This document shows, one piece after another, positions 11,580 through 23,717 of a DNA stretch of 64,000 nucleotides. Position 1 is the stretch's first letter. Every line of letters starts with the position of its first letter. The position numbers and the translations under genes are program-made. The stretch lies in NCBI GenBank assembly GCA_025558095.1, contig JAIVFI010000013.1, forward strand, positions 62,001-126,000, read 5' to 3'. Below the pieces are notes generated by a model, which searched no databases, had not been told where the DNA came from, and saw nothing but the letters and a program-made list of their open reading frames with translations. The stretch is from Hyaloraphidium curvatum SAG 235-1 (lineage: Eukaryota; Fungi; Monoblepharomycota).

Positions 11580-13275
11580 TCAAAGCACGTACTTCCGCTC
11601 AAGGTGCTCCCTCACAGCCCTCAGCATCCCATCCGCGAGCGCGGCATGGCACTGCGTCGTCAGATGGCTTGAACCGAAGAACACGTCAGTTCATCGCACA
11701 TGAGAACCCGAAACGAACCCACCTCTCGTCCCAGAGCCTCAGCCTGTGCGCATAGGTGCACACCCTGTCCCCCGCCTTGTACTGCATGGTGATGCAGCTC
11801 CCCTCGGTCTCCCTGCCCCCAAACGGCGCGCAGTCCTCCCCCTGCGCATCATACAGCACCATCTCGGTGGCGGGGCGTTGCTTCTGCGCGGCGGCGAGAG
11901 CGTCGCGGAGCAGCGCGTTGTGCATGTTGACCGCCCCCGCGGGGGTGGATTCGTCAAGGTTGGTGGCGTTGGGCGGGAACCCGGCGGAGGGCGCGAGCGC
12001 GGTGGTGACGACCAGGACGCGGCACAGCAGGGTGTCGACGACGTGAGGGATGACCGAGTCGCGGAGGTTGGACACCGAAGCCGCCGGGCCGATCTTGGGG
12101 CGGGCCGTGGCGTTCGTGGGGGGGAGCATGGCGCCGTAGTCGTTGGCGCCGGCGCTGATCACGCAGATGCGGGAGCGGCCGCGGAGCACCTGGAAACGGC
12201 GGCCGTCGCCGTCGGCGGGCGAGTCGGCGCGGCGGGCGGCGTCGTCGGCCTGCTGCCGCGCTCCGAAGGTGGCCCAGTCCCGGGTAAAGTCCGAGTCGAG
12301 GGTCGCCCCGAAAGCCGCGTTGGAGACCGAGGGGAGCTTGGTGTAGAGGGAAAGGTAGTCGACGTACATGGGCCCGTTGGAGTGGCGGCCGTGGAAGTAC
12401 GGAGGGGAGGGCGGGAAGTCGGAGCGCCAGTGGTACCTGTTCCAGTTGTCCGAGTTGTCGTCGCCCAGGGTGATCCAGGCCCAGCGGTCGGCGGGATCGT
12501 CGGGCGCGGGCGCGGTCCACGGGTTCTCCTCCTGCCGCCTTTCAAGCTTGCCGTAGGCACGGATCTGGCTCTTGAAGAGGTCGGGGTTCTGGTAGAAGTA
12601 GAAGTAGTTTTCGCCCGCGGCGTCCGAGTCCGGGGGCGAAGGGAACAGCCGGGTGCTCCACCAGGGGTAGTTGCGCGTGTGCAGGTGCCGGTCGTAGAGG
12701 GCCGCGAGGTCCGCCGGGGCCTCGGGCCTCCCCGCTCCCGCTGGGGCGGCCGGTCCCGGACGCAGGGCCCAGGCCATGATGAGGGCGAACGCCACGCACA
12801 TGGCTAAAGCGAGGGCGACAAGGATGCAGCGCGTGACGATCTCGCTCCTCTCCAGGTCCGACTTCATCCCATGTTTTCCCTTCCTGCTGCCCCGCTTCAA
12901 TGGCCCAAGGTTGATCCCCAGGCCGCCATTCGGGGACAGGAACGCCACCGAATCAGAGAACGAGAGCGCCTTGGACGCCAGCGACGCCCCGTCGTCGTCC
13001 CAGTCGACCTTGCCCAGCGGCGGGAACGCGAGGATCGGGCTCGAGACGAGGGTGCCCGGCCCGTCGTTGGGGTCTGCGGGGGAGCCCGTCCGCGGGACCG
13101 GCGACAGGGGCTCCCGGGCCGCGGGATCCGCGCTGGAAGGGAGCAACACCGCCTCTTCGCTGCCGCTCTGCGGCGCGTCCACCGGCGACAAGGGGTCGCC
13201 GAGCAGCGGGTTGACGTCCGCCGAATGGCCGGCCCCGGCACCGTCCGCCTCCGCGTGGTTGCCGTGCGCACCCAT
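11580..13275 (-). CDS. Type II membrane SGNH/GDSL-hydrolase-like protein (nucleophile Ser replaced)
   Basis: One TM segment (CILVALALAMCVAFALIMAWAL). Blocks present: LGDDNSDN, GRHSNGPMYVDYL, NAAFGAT and AGANDY. Intron 11668-11722 restores block V WDESHLT and the end ...ERKYVL*. Confidence 0.8.
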
Positions 13276-13789
13276 TCTGCGGGTAGGGAACTACAAATTA
13301 AGTGCCGTGGGGAAGGCAGGCGCCTCTAGGCCGCACGGTGGGCGAGATCCGCCGCGCAGCTTCGTGGGGAGGTTTGGTCGCGACGTGTCGGCGCGCCCCG
13401 CCCGCATGTCCAACCCCGCAGCCAGCTGATCACCCCGTCCAACGTGCTAATTTCGGCATGGGAATTGGCTTTTCTGCCGGACGATCGACCCATCCAGGAG
13501 CCATCCGCAGCTCAAGCACGACCACGCCCGCCGCCCCCCAACCGGACCGGACCGGACCGGACGCCCCGATTCCCCAAGAGAATGCGCGCAACAACCACTT
13601 CTTCAAAACATACACGAACCCCGGCCCCCCGCCCCTCCATGCCGCCCTCCGCGGCGCGGGAACCCCCATCTTGGTGGTCGGGGTGATGGTCGGCGCGGGG
13701 CGGGCGCCCGGTGTCGTGCTCCTGCGCGCGCCAGGGCGGCGCGCGGGTGCGTGCGTGCTGCTAGATGGTCGGGTGCGATGGATGCGGGG

Positions 13790-15185
13790 CTAGTATCGGC
13801 GGGCGGGCTTGCTGCGGCTTCCGGGGCGGGGAGTTAGAACTGAAGGGGCGACGCGGGGCGGGGGACCCACCCCCCGGCCGCGTCGTCGTCGGCCTGATCG
13901 ACCTGCATGGCCGACGAGTCCTTGTCCCCCTTGTCGTCCTGGTACTTGACCACGCTCCAGTCGAACACGTAGTCGTAGTGGTAGCCCTCCCTGATGAAGA
14001 GGTCGCGGAAGAGCTTGCGCAGGTACGAGTAGTCCGGCTTGTCGTCGAACCGCAGCGAGCGCGTGTAGTTGAGGTACACGGCGAACTCGTTGGGGAAGCC
14101 GCGGCAGAGGATCTCGGTGGGCGTGGTCATCTTCTTCTCCATGATGCGGTCGTACTTCTGCTTCTTGGTCGCGGCCTTGAGGCCCTGCCAGGGCAGCGAG
14201 CCGCGGCAGAAGTACATGAGCACGTAGCCGAGGGACTCGAGGTCGTCGCGCCGCGATTGCTCTGCGGGTCAAGCAGGTCACGATCAGCAACCCGGACGGG
14301 CCAGCCGACAGGATCGGCCACCCACCGACGCCCAGGTGCGTGTTGATGCTCGCGTAGCGCGCCGTGCCCGTCAGGTTCTTGTTCTCCCTGTACGGGATGT
14401 GCAGGTGCGTCTTGGGGTCGCGGTACTTTTTCGCCAGGCCAAAGTCGATCACGTTGACCTGGTTGGCGCGCTTGTTGAGGCCCATCAGGAAGCTGGGCAA
14501 AAGGGGATCAGGGCGGCGAAGGCGGCGGGAGAAGTCGGACCCACTTATCGGGCTTGATGTCGCGGTGGATAAAGTTCTTGGAGTGGATGTACTCGATCCT
14601 CGAAATCTGTGGGTCACACACGATGGGCATGTGAGCTACAAGTTGGAGCCACCTTCGCCGCGTCAACCCACCAGCTGATCCGCCAAGAGCAGCACCGTCT
14701 TGAGCGAGAACTTGCGGTTGCAGAAGTTGAACAGGTCCTCGAGCGAGGGCCCGAGCAGGTCCAGGACCATGCAGTTGAAGTCGCACTCGGTGCCGTACCA
14801 GCGCACGAAGGGGATGCCCACACCGCCGGCGAGGGACTTGTACACCTTGGCCTCGTACTCGAGCTGCGGGTGCTTGGCCTTGACCGACTCGAGCTTGATG
14901 GCGACCTCCTCGCCGTTGATGACGTTAATGCCTGGCGCGCAGAACGCGTGAACAAGGGCGTCCATGCGGGTGCTGCGGGCGAGGCCCACCAAGATAGATG
15001 TCGCCGAACGAGCCGGAGCCGATCTTGCGCCCGATCTTGTACTTGTTTCCGATCCTCAGGTCGAGGAGCGGCATCGGCGCCTGCGCGCCCGAGGCGCCGC
15101 TGCCCGCGTTGGACAGCGGCATGGCGTTGGGGTGGAGGGGAGTCTGCGCCGGGGTCGTGCCGAACGCGGACGGGAGGTTGGACAT
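13790..15185 (-). CDS. HRR25: Casein kinase I (delta/epsilon, Hrr25/Hhp1 type)
   Basis: Near-invariant CK1 sequence: [75 protein letters not shown]. Five introns; ends RSKPARRY*. Confidence 0.97.
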
Positions 15186-16835
15186 GAGGGGTTGGAGGGG
15201 GTTGCGTGGGGGGTTGCGCGGGGGGGTGGGGCGCGGGGCGCGGGGCGGTCCGGGGCGGCGGCCTGGGGTCGGGAGGCGAGGGGTGAGCACGGAGGAAGGG
15301 GGAGCGCGGATACATGCGGCGCCGGCGGGGCGTGAGTGCGGGCAAGAGGGGTCCCTCGGCGAGCGGCACGGGCGGTCCCAAATCGCCCCGCAGGCCCAGT
15401 TAACGCCCTCCGACCCGCCGTAAATCCGCAGTTCGACTTTCCAACGCCGAACCGCGTGTCTCTTCGCCGCGGGCAGGCGGCGCCGCGCAGATCCGCCGAC
15501 GCACCTTCACGGGGCGGGCCGCGCACACGGCGAGCCGGCGGTGCGGCGCGGGTCCTGTGCCGGGCGCCTCCGCGCTCTCAGCCGATAAAATCCGCGGCGG
15601 CGCGCGGGCCGCGGGCGGCGGGCGGCGAGGGCGCGGGCGCGCCGCTCTCAACGGGCCCGCGCGCACGGGGCGCGGGCGGCCGGGCGGCGGGGCGGCGCCG
15701 GGGCTGCGGCGGTTAACGCCTCAACAGCCGGGCCGCGGCGGCACCATGCGGTCCGCGCGCGGGAGGGGCGGGGAGAAGGTGGCCGAGTTGTCGCGTGACG
15801 GCGAAGACTGCCTCCGCGGCTCCGCGGGCCCTGTCGAGAACAACCGCTGCCCAAACACTAACCGGACTCAGTGTAATTCAGCCGGTTAAGGGAGCATGTC
15901 AATCTGCGAAGCTCTGAATGGTTGCCGGCGCCGGAGGAGCCGAATTTGGTGTTTGATACATGTCTCTTGGCGGCCTGAAGCAACTGGTACTCTATTGTAT
16001 AGATCAGGCCATCCTCATCGCTCTGAAGTTGAATTTAGCTCGGATCTTTCGGATTCGGGGATTAGGAAGGCTACGGAAGTCCTCCGCATAGTTGTGCCGA
16101 CTTCTGTCCCATATGTCCATCCTTCCTTCCAGCTCCCAAGCTCGCACAACACCTCCGGTATCCAGGACCACAAGGGCCGAGCGCGCCCGCGATGCAGGTG
16201 GTGGGGCCCGGAGAGATCCGTACGCGTCGGCCCGGGGTGTGCAAGTGTCTGGCTTGCATGGGTTGGAACTGGAGGGCGCTGGCGGGCATCACGATCCCGG
16301 CGACCTGGACGATGGTCGGCGCAGTGATGGCATTCCACCGCACCGGTCGCTGATCGATCTCCTGTGGAGTTGGATGCCCGGGGGCCACGGCAAGGCGGAC
16401 TGATGCGGCGCACGGCAAGGCGGACCTGGAAGGCTCGGTGGCTCGGCTTTTAGACGGACTCGATCGGCACGGTCGTGGTGTTTCTCTGGCGGTTTTCGGG
16501 CAGAACTTGTACGTGGTGGATTGTCATTTGGATCTGGTGGGCGCGGCATACGGTCACTGTTCCTTGGGTCCAGTGAGTGGGGTCCATGGGTGAAGCGCGG
16601 TCGGGAAGGCGCAGAGGGCGATGCCGAGCTCGGTGAGTTCCGCCTAGCCGCAACCATGGTCTGGGCGCGGCCCGATGTACTTTACAAGCAATCCATCCGA
16701 ACTCGCTTAGCATGTCATCGTCTCCCATGCTGCCTTTTGGGTGAGGGAAAGGCCGGCCGCACGACCACTTTGCCGCCGGGCAACGCTCCGGCAACATCGG
16801 CCCGCTCCCACCTCCACCCGCCGACAGCCGCCGCG

Positions 16836-18418
16836 ATGGCCGTCCAATCCAACAACGCCGCACTCCTCGCGGAGCTCACCTCCAGCATCCCCGAGACCAG
16901 TGCGTCCAGCCGCCCCCCTCCCGGCGCTGGGCGCTCCCTGACGGACCCGCTCCCGCGCCGATCGCCGCGCGCCTCCCAACCCGAAACGCAGTGCTCGCGG
17001 CCGTCAACGTCAAGCACAAGGTGCCGCTTCCTTCCCGCGCCCCGGCCCCCCGACACCGGCTGACCCGCCCCGCCGTCTCCCAGTCCCCGCTGCAGCTGCA
17101 GACCGTCCCAGTGCCCAAGGTCAAGGACGACGAGGTGCTTGTCAAGATCGTTGCCAGCGGGATCTGGTGGGTCCTTCCGTCCGCCACAGGGCCGAGAAGG
17201 GGAGCTGACGGAGAAACAGCCACTCGGACCTGCACATCGCGGACGGGGAGATGCCGGCCATGATGCGGCCCAACCTGATCGTCGGCCACGAGGGTACGCC
17301 GCCCCTTCCCTTCCTTTCGCCCTCCGTGCTCATCTTTGTGGGGTGCAGGCGTCGGCATCGTCGTCAAGGCCGGCGCGCAGGCCGCCCGCTCCGGCATCCG
17401 CGTCGGCGACCGCGTGGCGGTGGGCAACATCAACTCGGCGTGCCAGCACTGCGTCGAGTGCCACGAGGGGCGCGAACAGCACTGCAAGGAGGTACCCCTT
17501 CATCCCTCCCGCCCGGACCGGGAACGCCGTTGACACGTCCCCGCCCCCGCGGGAAACAGTACATCCAGACCGGCGGCGCCGTCAACGGCTGCTACGCGGA
17601 GTACGCCACCATCCACTACCAGTTCGCCGTCAAGCTCCCCGACGGCCTCCCCTTCGCCCTCGCCGCCCCCGTCGCGTGCGCCGGGCACACGGTCTACTCC
17701 GCCGTGAGGCAGCTCGGCGCGCGCCCGGGGACGTGGTGCGCCGTGATCGGCGTCGGCGGGCTGGGCCACCTGGCGATCCAGTACCTCATCTCGCTGGGGT
17801 ACAGGGTGATCGCGATCGACGTGTCGAAGCCCAAGCTGGAGCTGGCGAAGAAGCTCGGCGCCGCGGAGTCGTTCGACGCGTCGGACCCCAAGCTCGTGTC
17901 GAACGTGATGCGCTACACGGGGGGCGGGTGCTCGGGATGCGTGGTGACGGCGGTGCACGAGAGCGCGTTCCTGACGAGCATCAGGATCACCCGGATCGGC
18001 GGGGGGGTGCTGTGGATCTCGCTGCCCAACAAGTGGGTTACTTTCCCTTCCCCGGGTGACGGAAGGGCACGTGCTGATGCCCGCCGAACAGGGACATCAC
18101 CATTTCCCCCAAGGTCGTCGCCTTCAAGGCGGTCCGCATCCAGGGCTCCGTGATCGGCAACCGCGCCGAGATGGCCGAGGCGTACAGGATGGTCGCCGGC
18201 GGCAAGGTCACCCCGATCGTCGAGGTGGTGCCATTCGAGAAGGTGAACGAGGCGTGGGACAGGCTGAGGAGCGGAAACTTCGAGGCCAGGTGGGTCGTCT
18301 TCGGCGTTCCGTGGGATGTGCGGGTGCTGATGGCATGTGGGGCAGGATCGTGATGGAGGTGGATCCCAAGCTGATGGACGTGACCACGTCGCTGGCGGCC
18401 GGGGCGCCCAAGATCTGA
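16836..18418 (+). CDS. Zinc-dependent alcohol dehydrogenase (MDR family)
   Basis: Spliced GIC|HSD, GHEG, structural-zinc CQHCVECHEGREQHC, ACAGHTVY and GVGGLGH. Several introns, including a 29-nt exon (16992-17020). Ends GAPKI*. Confidence 0.92.
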
Positions 18419-18448
18419 GGGTTGGAGGTGTATTCCGGAGAAAAAGAG

Positions 18449-19205
18449 TTACAGGAGCGCAGTGAACATGTCGTCCCCCACGCCGTTGGAAACCACGAGC
18501 TTCTCCACCGATCTGAAAAGAAGCGTCGACATAGGGCATCAGTGGCAGAAATGGAGGTAGAGGCGGGGGCCCAACCCACCTGTCGTCGCGGACCCGCAGC
18601 ACGGCAAACTCGGCCAGCCGGATCGCCCTCGCCTTCCCGCCCTGCACCTCGGCCTCGATCTGCACCGCGCTGACGACGACGAGGAACAGCCCCTCCTCCA
18701 TCGTGAACGGCTTCCCCTTCAATTGGAACACCCCGTTCACGAGTTCGTCCTTCCTGAACGGCGTGCTCGAGACCATCGGAAAAAGCGAGTCCGCGTTGGG
18801 TTGCAGCTCCGGCGGCGGGTCCGCGGCCACGCCCAGCGTCCTCGCCAGCCCCGGATCGTTCGCGAGCTCGTGCGCCAGCCGCGCCCTCGCGAGCCCCTCC
18901 GCGGCGCGCTCGAACCGCTCGCGCGAGCGCTCGCGGAGCTTGTAGGCCGAGAAGACGGCGCCGCTGGCGGCCACCGAGGCGGCGGTGGAGACCGGCGGCT
19001 GGAGGACGATGTTTGCGAGGACGTCGAAGAGCGCGGCGAGCGGGACGAAGCCGAGGTCGCGCGGGGCGAGGAATGGCAGGCGGGGCGGCGGCAGGACGAT
19101 CGGCTCGCGCGGCACCGCAGAGATCGCGCGGTGGCCACAATTGGGAGCGCGATTCCGGGGAGGAAAGAAGCCCGCAGGGCACAGGGAGCGGGGGAGACGG
19201 ATCAT
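18449..19205 (-). CDS. Hypothetical protein with Arg-rich, presequence-like N-terminus
   Basis: ATG at 19205 (MIRLPRSLC). The open frame runs to a GT donor after VRDD, and the last exon is RSVEKLVVSNGVGDDMFTALL*. No family recognised. Confidence 0.55.
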
Positions 19206-19465
19206 AGCGGGGCGTGTTTGGAGTTGCAACGCGATCGGCCGCATATCGGATCGGCCGCGTCGTGAGCTTGCCAGTCCGGGGCGAATCCGCCGAGTGGCAG
19301 CCGTTACGGTGATCTATGCAATGATTCTAATCCGGATTTGTTTGAGCGGCCAAGTTCGGGTGGATTTCGGAGCTCGCCCGATGCGGTTCGGTGAGGCTGG
19401 CTCCGTCTGCGCCACTTACCGCTCTGACTCCTCCGACCCCGAACGGAACTGCACCGAAAACAGCA

Positions 19466-20968
19466 ATGAAAGACACCATGCGCGCCGAAAGAAAACTTTC
19501 CCGTTCTTTCGCCGGCGTCACCTTCCGGACATTCGGGGCATCGGTCGCCCTGGCGGCGGCGATCGCCGGCGAGTCCTCGCTCCCCGCCCTGGCCACCTCG
19601 CACGGCTCCAGCGGCCAAACTGAAGTTATCGATCCTGGCACAGGATTCCTTGTCTGTCGCAGCTTCGCCACGGGCTCTTCTGGCCCCTCCTGGTACCAGC
19701 AAATCGGACAGTGCATCGGACGCTGCGTGAACGGAAATTTCACCAATTACTACCGCCGCCGTCGCGACGAGCCCTCGTCGTTCGACTACTACCGCCGCCT
19801 TCGACGCCAGCCCCCGTCGTACAACTGCACCGATGTGGGCTCCTGCGTCCGCAGCCCCTCGAACGGGTGCAACTGGGTCGGTGTTGACTTCTCGGAGTCG
19901 CGCAGCTCGGGGGTGCCGACGTACAGCCTGAAGTGCCGCGGGCCGACAAACGGGACCTGCACGTGGTACAGCGACCCGTTCTGCACGGCGGTGATTTCCC
20001 CGGGCCGGCCGCCGCGGGAAGGCGGGGGTGTCGCCTGCGACCCGGCGGGGAACTGGGGCAACGGGACGTGGTGCCAGGACGCCGTCGACTACCTCGTCGA
20101 CCAGCGCAAGCCAGCGTCGTGCCCCGACGTGACGGAGCAGCAGAACCTCGGCCCCCCGTGGTTCGGCCCGTGGTCCTGTATCCGGAGCTGCTCCGACGGC
20201 GGCCTGTACCTTCCGGTCAGGCGAGCCAACGACAGCGTCGTGTGCCTGGGCACGTACGACTACCCGCCCGAGCCCGCCGCCTGCTCCTTCTACACCGACG
20301 CCAACTGCACCGTCCTAGCGCCCGGGTCAAGGGAGCCCAACACGAGCCCCTACAAGGACGAGACGGGCGGCGTCAAATGCAACCAGACCGCGGCGGGGTG
20401 GTGCAAGGTTGGCGCCGACGTGGTCCTGCTGAACCAGACCTCGCCGACTGAGTGCTTGACGACCACCACGGCGCCGCCGACCCCGACCGGCACGACCGCG
20501 ACCGCCAGCGCGACCGCGACCCCCACCCCCGCACCCTGGACCTGCGTCACCAGCTGCCCCGACAAAGCCCACGCCGTCCTCGCGCGGCTGACGCCCAGCA
20601 AGGACGGCGTCCAATGCCAGGGCCCGAACGCGACGATGTGTTCCTGGTACGCGGACGGAACGTGCACCAAGCTTGCTCCCGGCGAGCCGATGCCCGCGGA
20701 CGACGGGCTGCAGGGGTACGTGTGCGCGCAGACGGCCGAGGGGTGGTGCGGCGAGGCGTGGAGGGTGCTGAACGGCGGGGCGACGTCGGCGTGCACATCA
20801 GCGACGGCGACGGGAACGAGCACCACCGTCGCGACCGCCTCGGCAACGGGCACGGGCAGCACACCGTTGCCGACTTCGACCAACCGCCCATCTGCCGCAA
20901 TACCCCTGGGCAGGTCATCCGTTATTCCCATCTTTGCATCCATGATTATTTCGTTCTTGCTATTTTGA
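19466..20968 (+). CDS. Secreted, probably GPI-anchored Cys-rich repeat surface protein
   Basis: Three full modules of type W/Y-x-C...C...C-x-G...C-x-(W/F)Y-x-D-x2-C...C...WC, Thr-rich linkers and a hydrophobic C-tail (VIPIFASMIISFLLF). Confidence 0.8.
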   Translation: MKDTMRAERKLSRSFAGVTFRTFGASVALAAAIAGESSLPALATSHGSSGQTEVIDPGTGFLVCRSFATGSSGPSWYQQIGQCIGRCVNGNFTNYYRRRRDEPSSFDYYRRLRRQPPSYNCTDVGSCVRSPSNGCNWVGVDFSESRSSGVPTYSLKCRGPTNGTCTWYSDPFCTAVISPGRPPREGGGVACDPAGNWGNGTWCQDAVDYLVDQRKPASCPDVTEQQNLGPPWFGPWSCIRSCSDGGLYLPVRRANDSVVCLGTYDYPPEPAACSFYTDANCTVLAPGSREPNTSPYKDETGGVKCNQTAAGWCKVGADVVLLNQTSPTECLTTTTAPPTPTGTTATASATATPTPAPWTCVTSCPDKAHAVLARLTPSKDGVQCQGPNATMCSWYADGTCTKLAPGEPMPADDGLQGYVCAQTAEGWCGEAWRVLNGGATSACTSATATGTSTTVATASATGTGSTPLPTSTNRPSAAIPLGRSSVIPIFASMIISFLLF

Positions 20969-21037
20969 TTTTGTATTCCCTGAATGATGATCTGCAACAT
21001 GTGACGCTCCCCGGTCCCGCTGCAACAGTCGCTGCAA

Positions 21038-21856
21038 TCAGATCTTGTCTCCGACCACCCTCTTTTCCCGCTCGTCGTCCCTGGCCTTGAGCATCTTCTC
21101 CACCGTCTTGAGCAGGTCCGGATGGCGGTAGAAGAAGGCGGGGACGTGCGGGTGCGGGCGGGAAGGAACTGCGGGACGCAGAGGGATGGAATCAGCGAGC
21201 GAATGAGGTCAGAGCATGCATATGCGAGATCCCACCCTTGCTCTCGGCTTCGCGGTAGGCCTTGCCCAGGGCCGTGAGGTCCGCGCCCGATTTCTCCAGC
21301 ACGGGGAGGATGTCCCCGGCCTCGAGGCCCGCGAGCGTCTTGACCATCTGCCGCCCCGCGTCTCCATAAGCGGAATCAGATTCTGGTGCACTTCCGAACC
21401 CACCCAGGAGAGCTTCTCCACGGCCTTGTCCAGCGCTTTCCCGCCGTCTTTCGCCTCCACCCTCTCGAACACCGCCTCCAGGTCCCCACGCAGTTCCTTA
21501 AGCATGCCCTCGTACCGTTCGACCGCATCCGTCGGGTCGTCCCCGGCCTTCTTGACCGCCGCCCTCACGGCCGGAAGCACCGCCTCGGCGGCGGCACCCG
21601 ACTGCGTGCACAGCAGCGCGACGATTTCCCTGGCGGCGGCGAGCTTGGCATCCGGCGACTTGTCCGGAGACGACGCGATGAGCCCATAGGAGGCGAGCGG
21701 GCCGTCGGCAAGCCGCTGCCGCTCCGAGAAGAGCGTGTCGCGGAGGGACGACGCGGAGAAGGAACGCGGGGGGGCGAGGCGCGATGTGGGAGTGCGGAGG
21801 ACGCCGTGGCTGAGCAGGGAGCCGGGGAGCGGCGCGGAGCGGGCGAAACGGCGCAT
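21038..21856 (-). CDS. Mitochondria-targeted hemerythrin/HHE-like protein lacking metal ligands
   Basis: Presequence-like start MRRFARS...RSFSASSLR and a helical body with two introns. C-terminal LGKAYREAESK|VPSRPHPHVP matches the P-x-RPHP-x2-P signature of fungal HHE proteins. Confidence 0.55.
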
Positions 21857-22071
21857 TGGGGCGTGCGGGGATTCGGGGGTGGCAGACCCGCCCAGTCACC
21901 GGGGCGAGTTGACGCCCAACAAACAGACAGGGTGGTGCTTGGATGCTTGCCCGAAAACCGGCGACCGGTGTTGAAAAGGCTGGATGGCTGCTCTCAATAT
22001 CCACTATGATCGCTGTATTGCTTCGCGAATGGCTTTTGCGCGGCTCCCGACCGGGCCCCGAGCAAAGCCGA

Positions 22072-23704
22072 CTAGATCCTCACGACGAGCTTCCACCCGA
22101 CCTTCTTGTACCTCAGCAGGTAAATCAGTGCCAGCCCGACCCCCCAGCACGCCGAGCAGAAGCCCAGCATGGGCCGGTAATCCGCGCCCACCCTCTGCCC
22201 CGTCGCGGTATACGTAGTGTGTTGGTCGACGATGATCCCCAGCACGGCGTTCCCGAACAACTCCCCCGGCCCGAAGGAGAGAAACAGCACGCCGATGGCG
22301 GAACCGAGGCGGTGGTACCCGAACTCCTTGCCGGCGATGATGGGCATGCAGACCAGCGGGGAGCCGCAGAACAATGCCCAGGTGAGGGAGGCGACGGAGA
22401 CGGTGGCGATGTTGGTCGGGGCGGGGAGCCAGATGCAGGTGACGGCGAGGAAAGGGACGAGGCAGGCGAGTACGAACACTGGCGGGGGCCGAGTTCAGCG
22501 GAAAGACATCCCAGGGCAATGGAAACCCACTGTTAATCTCCCCAACGCGGTCGGCAAAGAATCCTCCGGCGATCCGGCCCAAGGCCATGCAAGCGCTATA
22601 TGCGGCCACGATAGCCGCGCCGACGTTCTGCGGGTACCCGCCGTCCAGGAGCATGAGCGGGATGAACCCGTTGGGCATGAAGAATGCGAAGAAGATGACG
22701 AACACGCAGGCAAAGACGAGCGAGAACGTGAGGTTCCGGAAGTAGGAAAGGTCGATGAAGGGCCCGGAGCGCTTGACCGGCACCACACGGCGCTTCAAGA
22801 AGAGTACCGACGGAGCTAGCCAGGCAAACAGCACGGCGCCGAGCACCTGCGACGCAAACCGCCACCCTCTTGCCGAGATGGCTGCCTGCGCGATGGCCGC
22901 CGTTACGAAGCCGCCGATCCCGGATCCACTAACAAAGATTCCCATAGCCAGGGCCCGCCGTTTGGTGAACCACGCCGATATCATGCCCGGCGCCGGCGTG
23001 TAGATGCAGGAGCCGGCGATGCCGTACAGGGTCGACGTCAGGAAGACCTGCCAGAGCTGCGTGACGAACGACAGGGCGACGAACGCCGAAGCGCAGCCTA
23101 CGACCCCGGCGAAGCATACCGCCCACGGCGGCAAGTAGTCCGTCAGCGGGCCGACGAACAGGGTCACCAGGACCATGACTCCCCAGGTGAGGGTGCCGGC
23201 CATCTGCAGCTGGAACGTACTTGCCCCGGCAAACTCGCCCGTGGAGACAAAAGTTCTGACAAAGATGCCCCAAACGGAAGGCATTCCCATGGCCCAGCAC
23301 GAGCACGAGAAGCAGGCCCAGAGGATCGCCCAGGGGCGCCATTTGGAGTCGTGCCCGGGGAGCAGTTCCTGGGCGGGGAGCGCCGCCGCCTTCGAGTCCT
23401 CCTTCTTGGCCGGATCGACCACGGGAGCTGCACCGTCGCCTTCGTCGTCGATTATGACGGCCGTGTCCATGGCATCCGCGGCCTCGGCGGCCTTTTTGGG
23501 CAGCGGTTCGGCCGGGGCGGTTCCGGCCGTCGCCGCCGAGTCCGACTTCGCGCTCGGCGGCCTCCCCTCGGAAACACGCGGGGCGTTGATATCGGCATCG
23601 GTCTCTAGATACTCCGGCGGTGTCGGCGGCGTCTTCTGGGGTGTGTCGGCGTCCATTGTGTGGGAGGCAGCAGTAGCGTTGGCTTTGCCACCGCGCCGTG
23701 CCAT
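22072..23704 (-). CDS. MFS transporter, monocarboxylate porter (MCT/Mch-like) family
   Basis: About 12 TM segments with WFTKRRALAMGIFVSGSGIGG and GRIAGGFFADRVG. One intron near 22480-22530. Alternative start at 23656. Confidence 0.92.
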
Positions 23705-23717
23705 CCCTCAAGGCACC

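Noticed and set aside
16192-16353. 53-codon ORF ending GWNWRALAGITIPATWTMVGAVMAFHRTGR
   Set aside because: Short, with no recognisable family or splice support. It lies in the CK1/ADH intergenic region.
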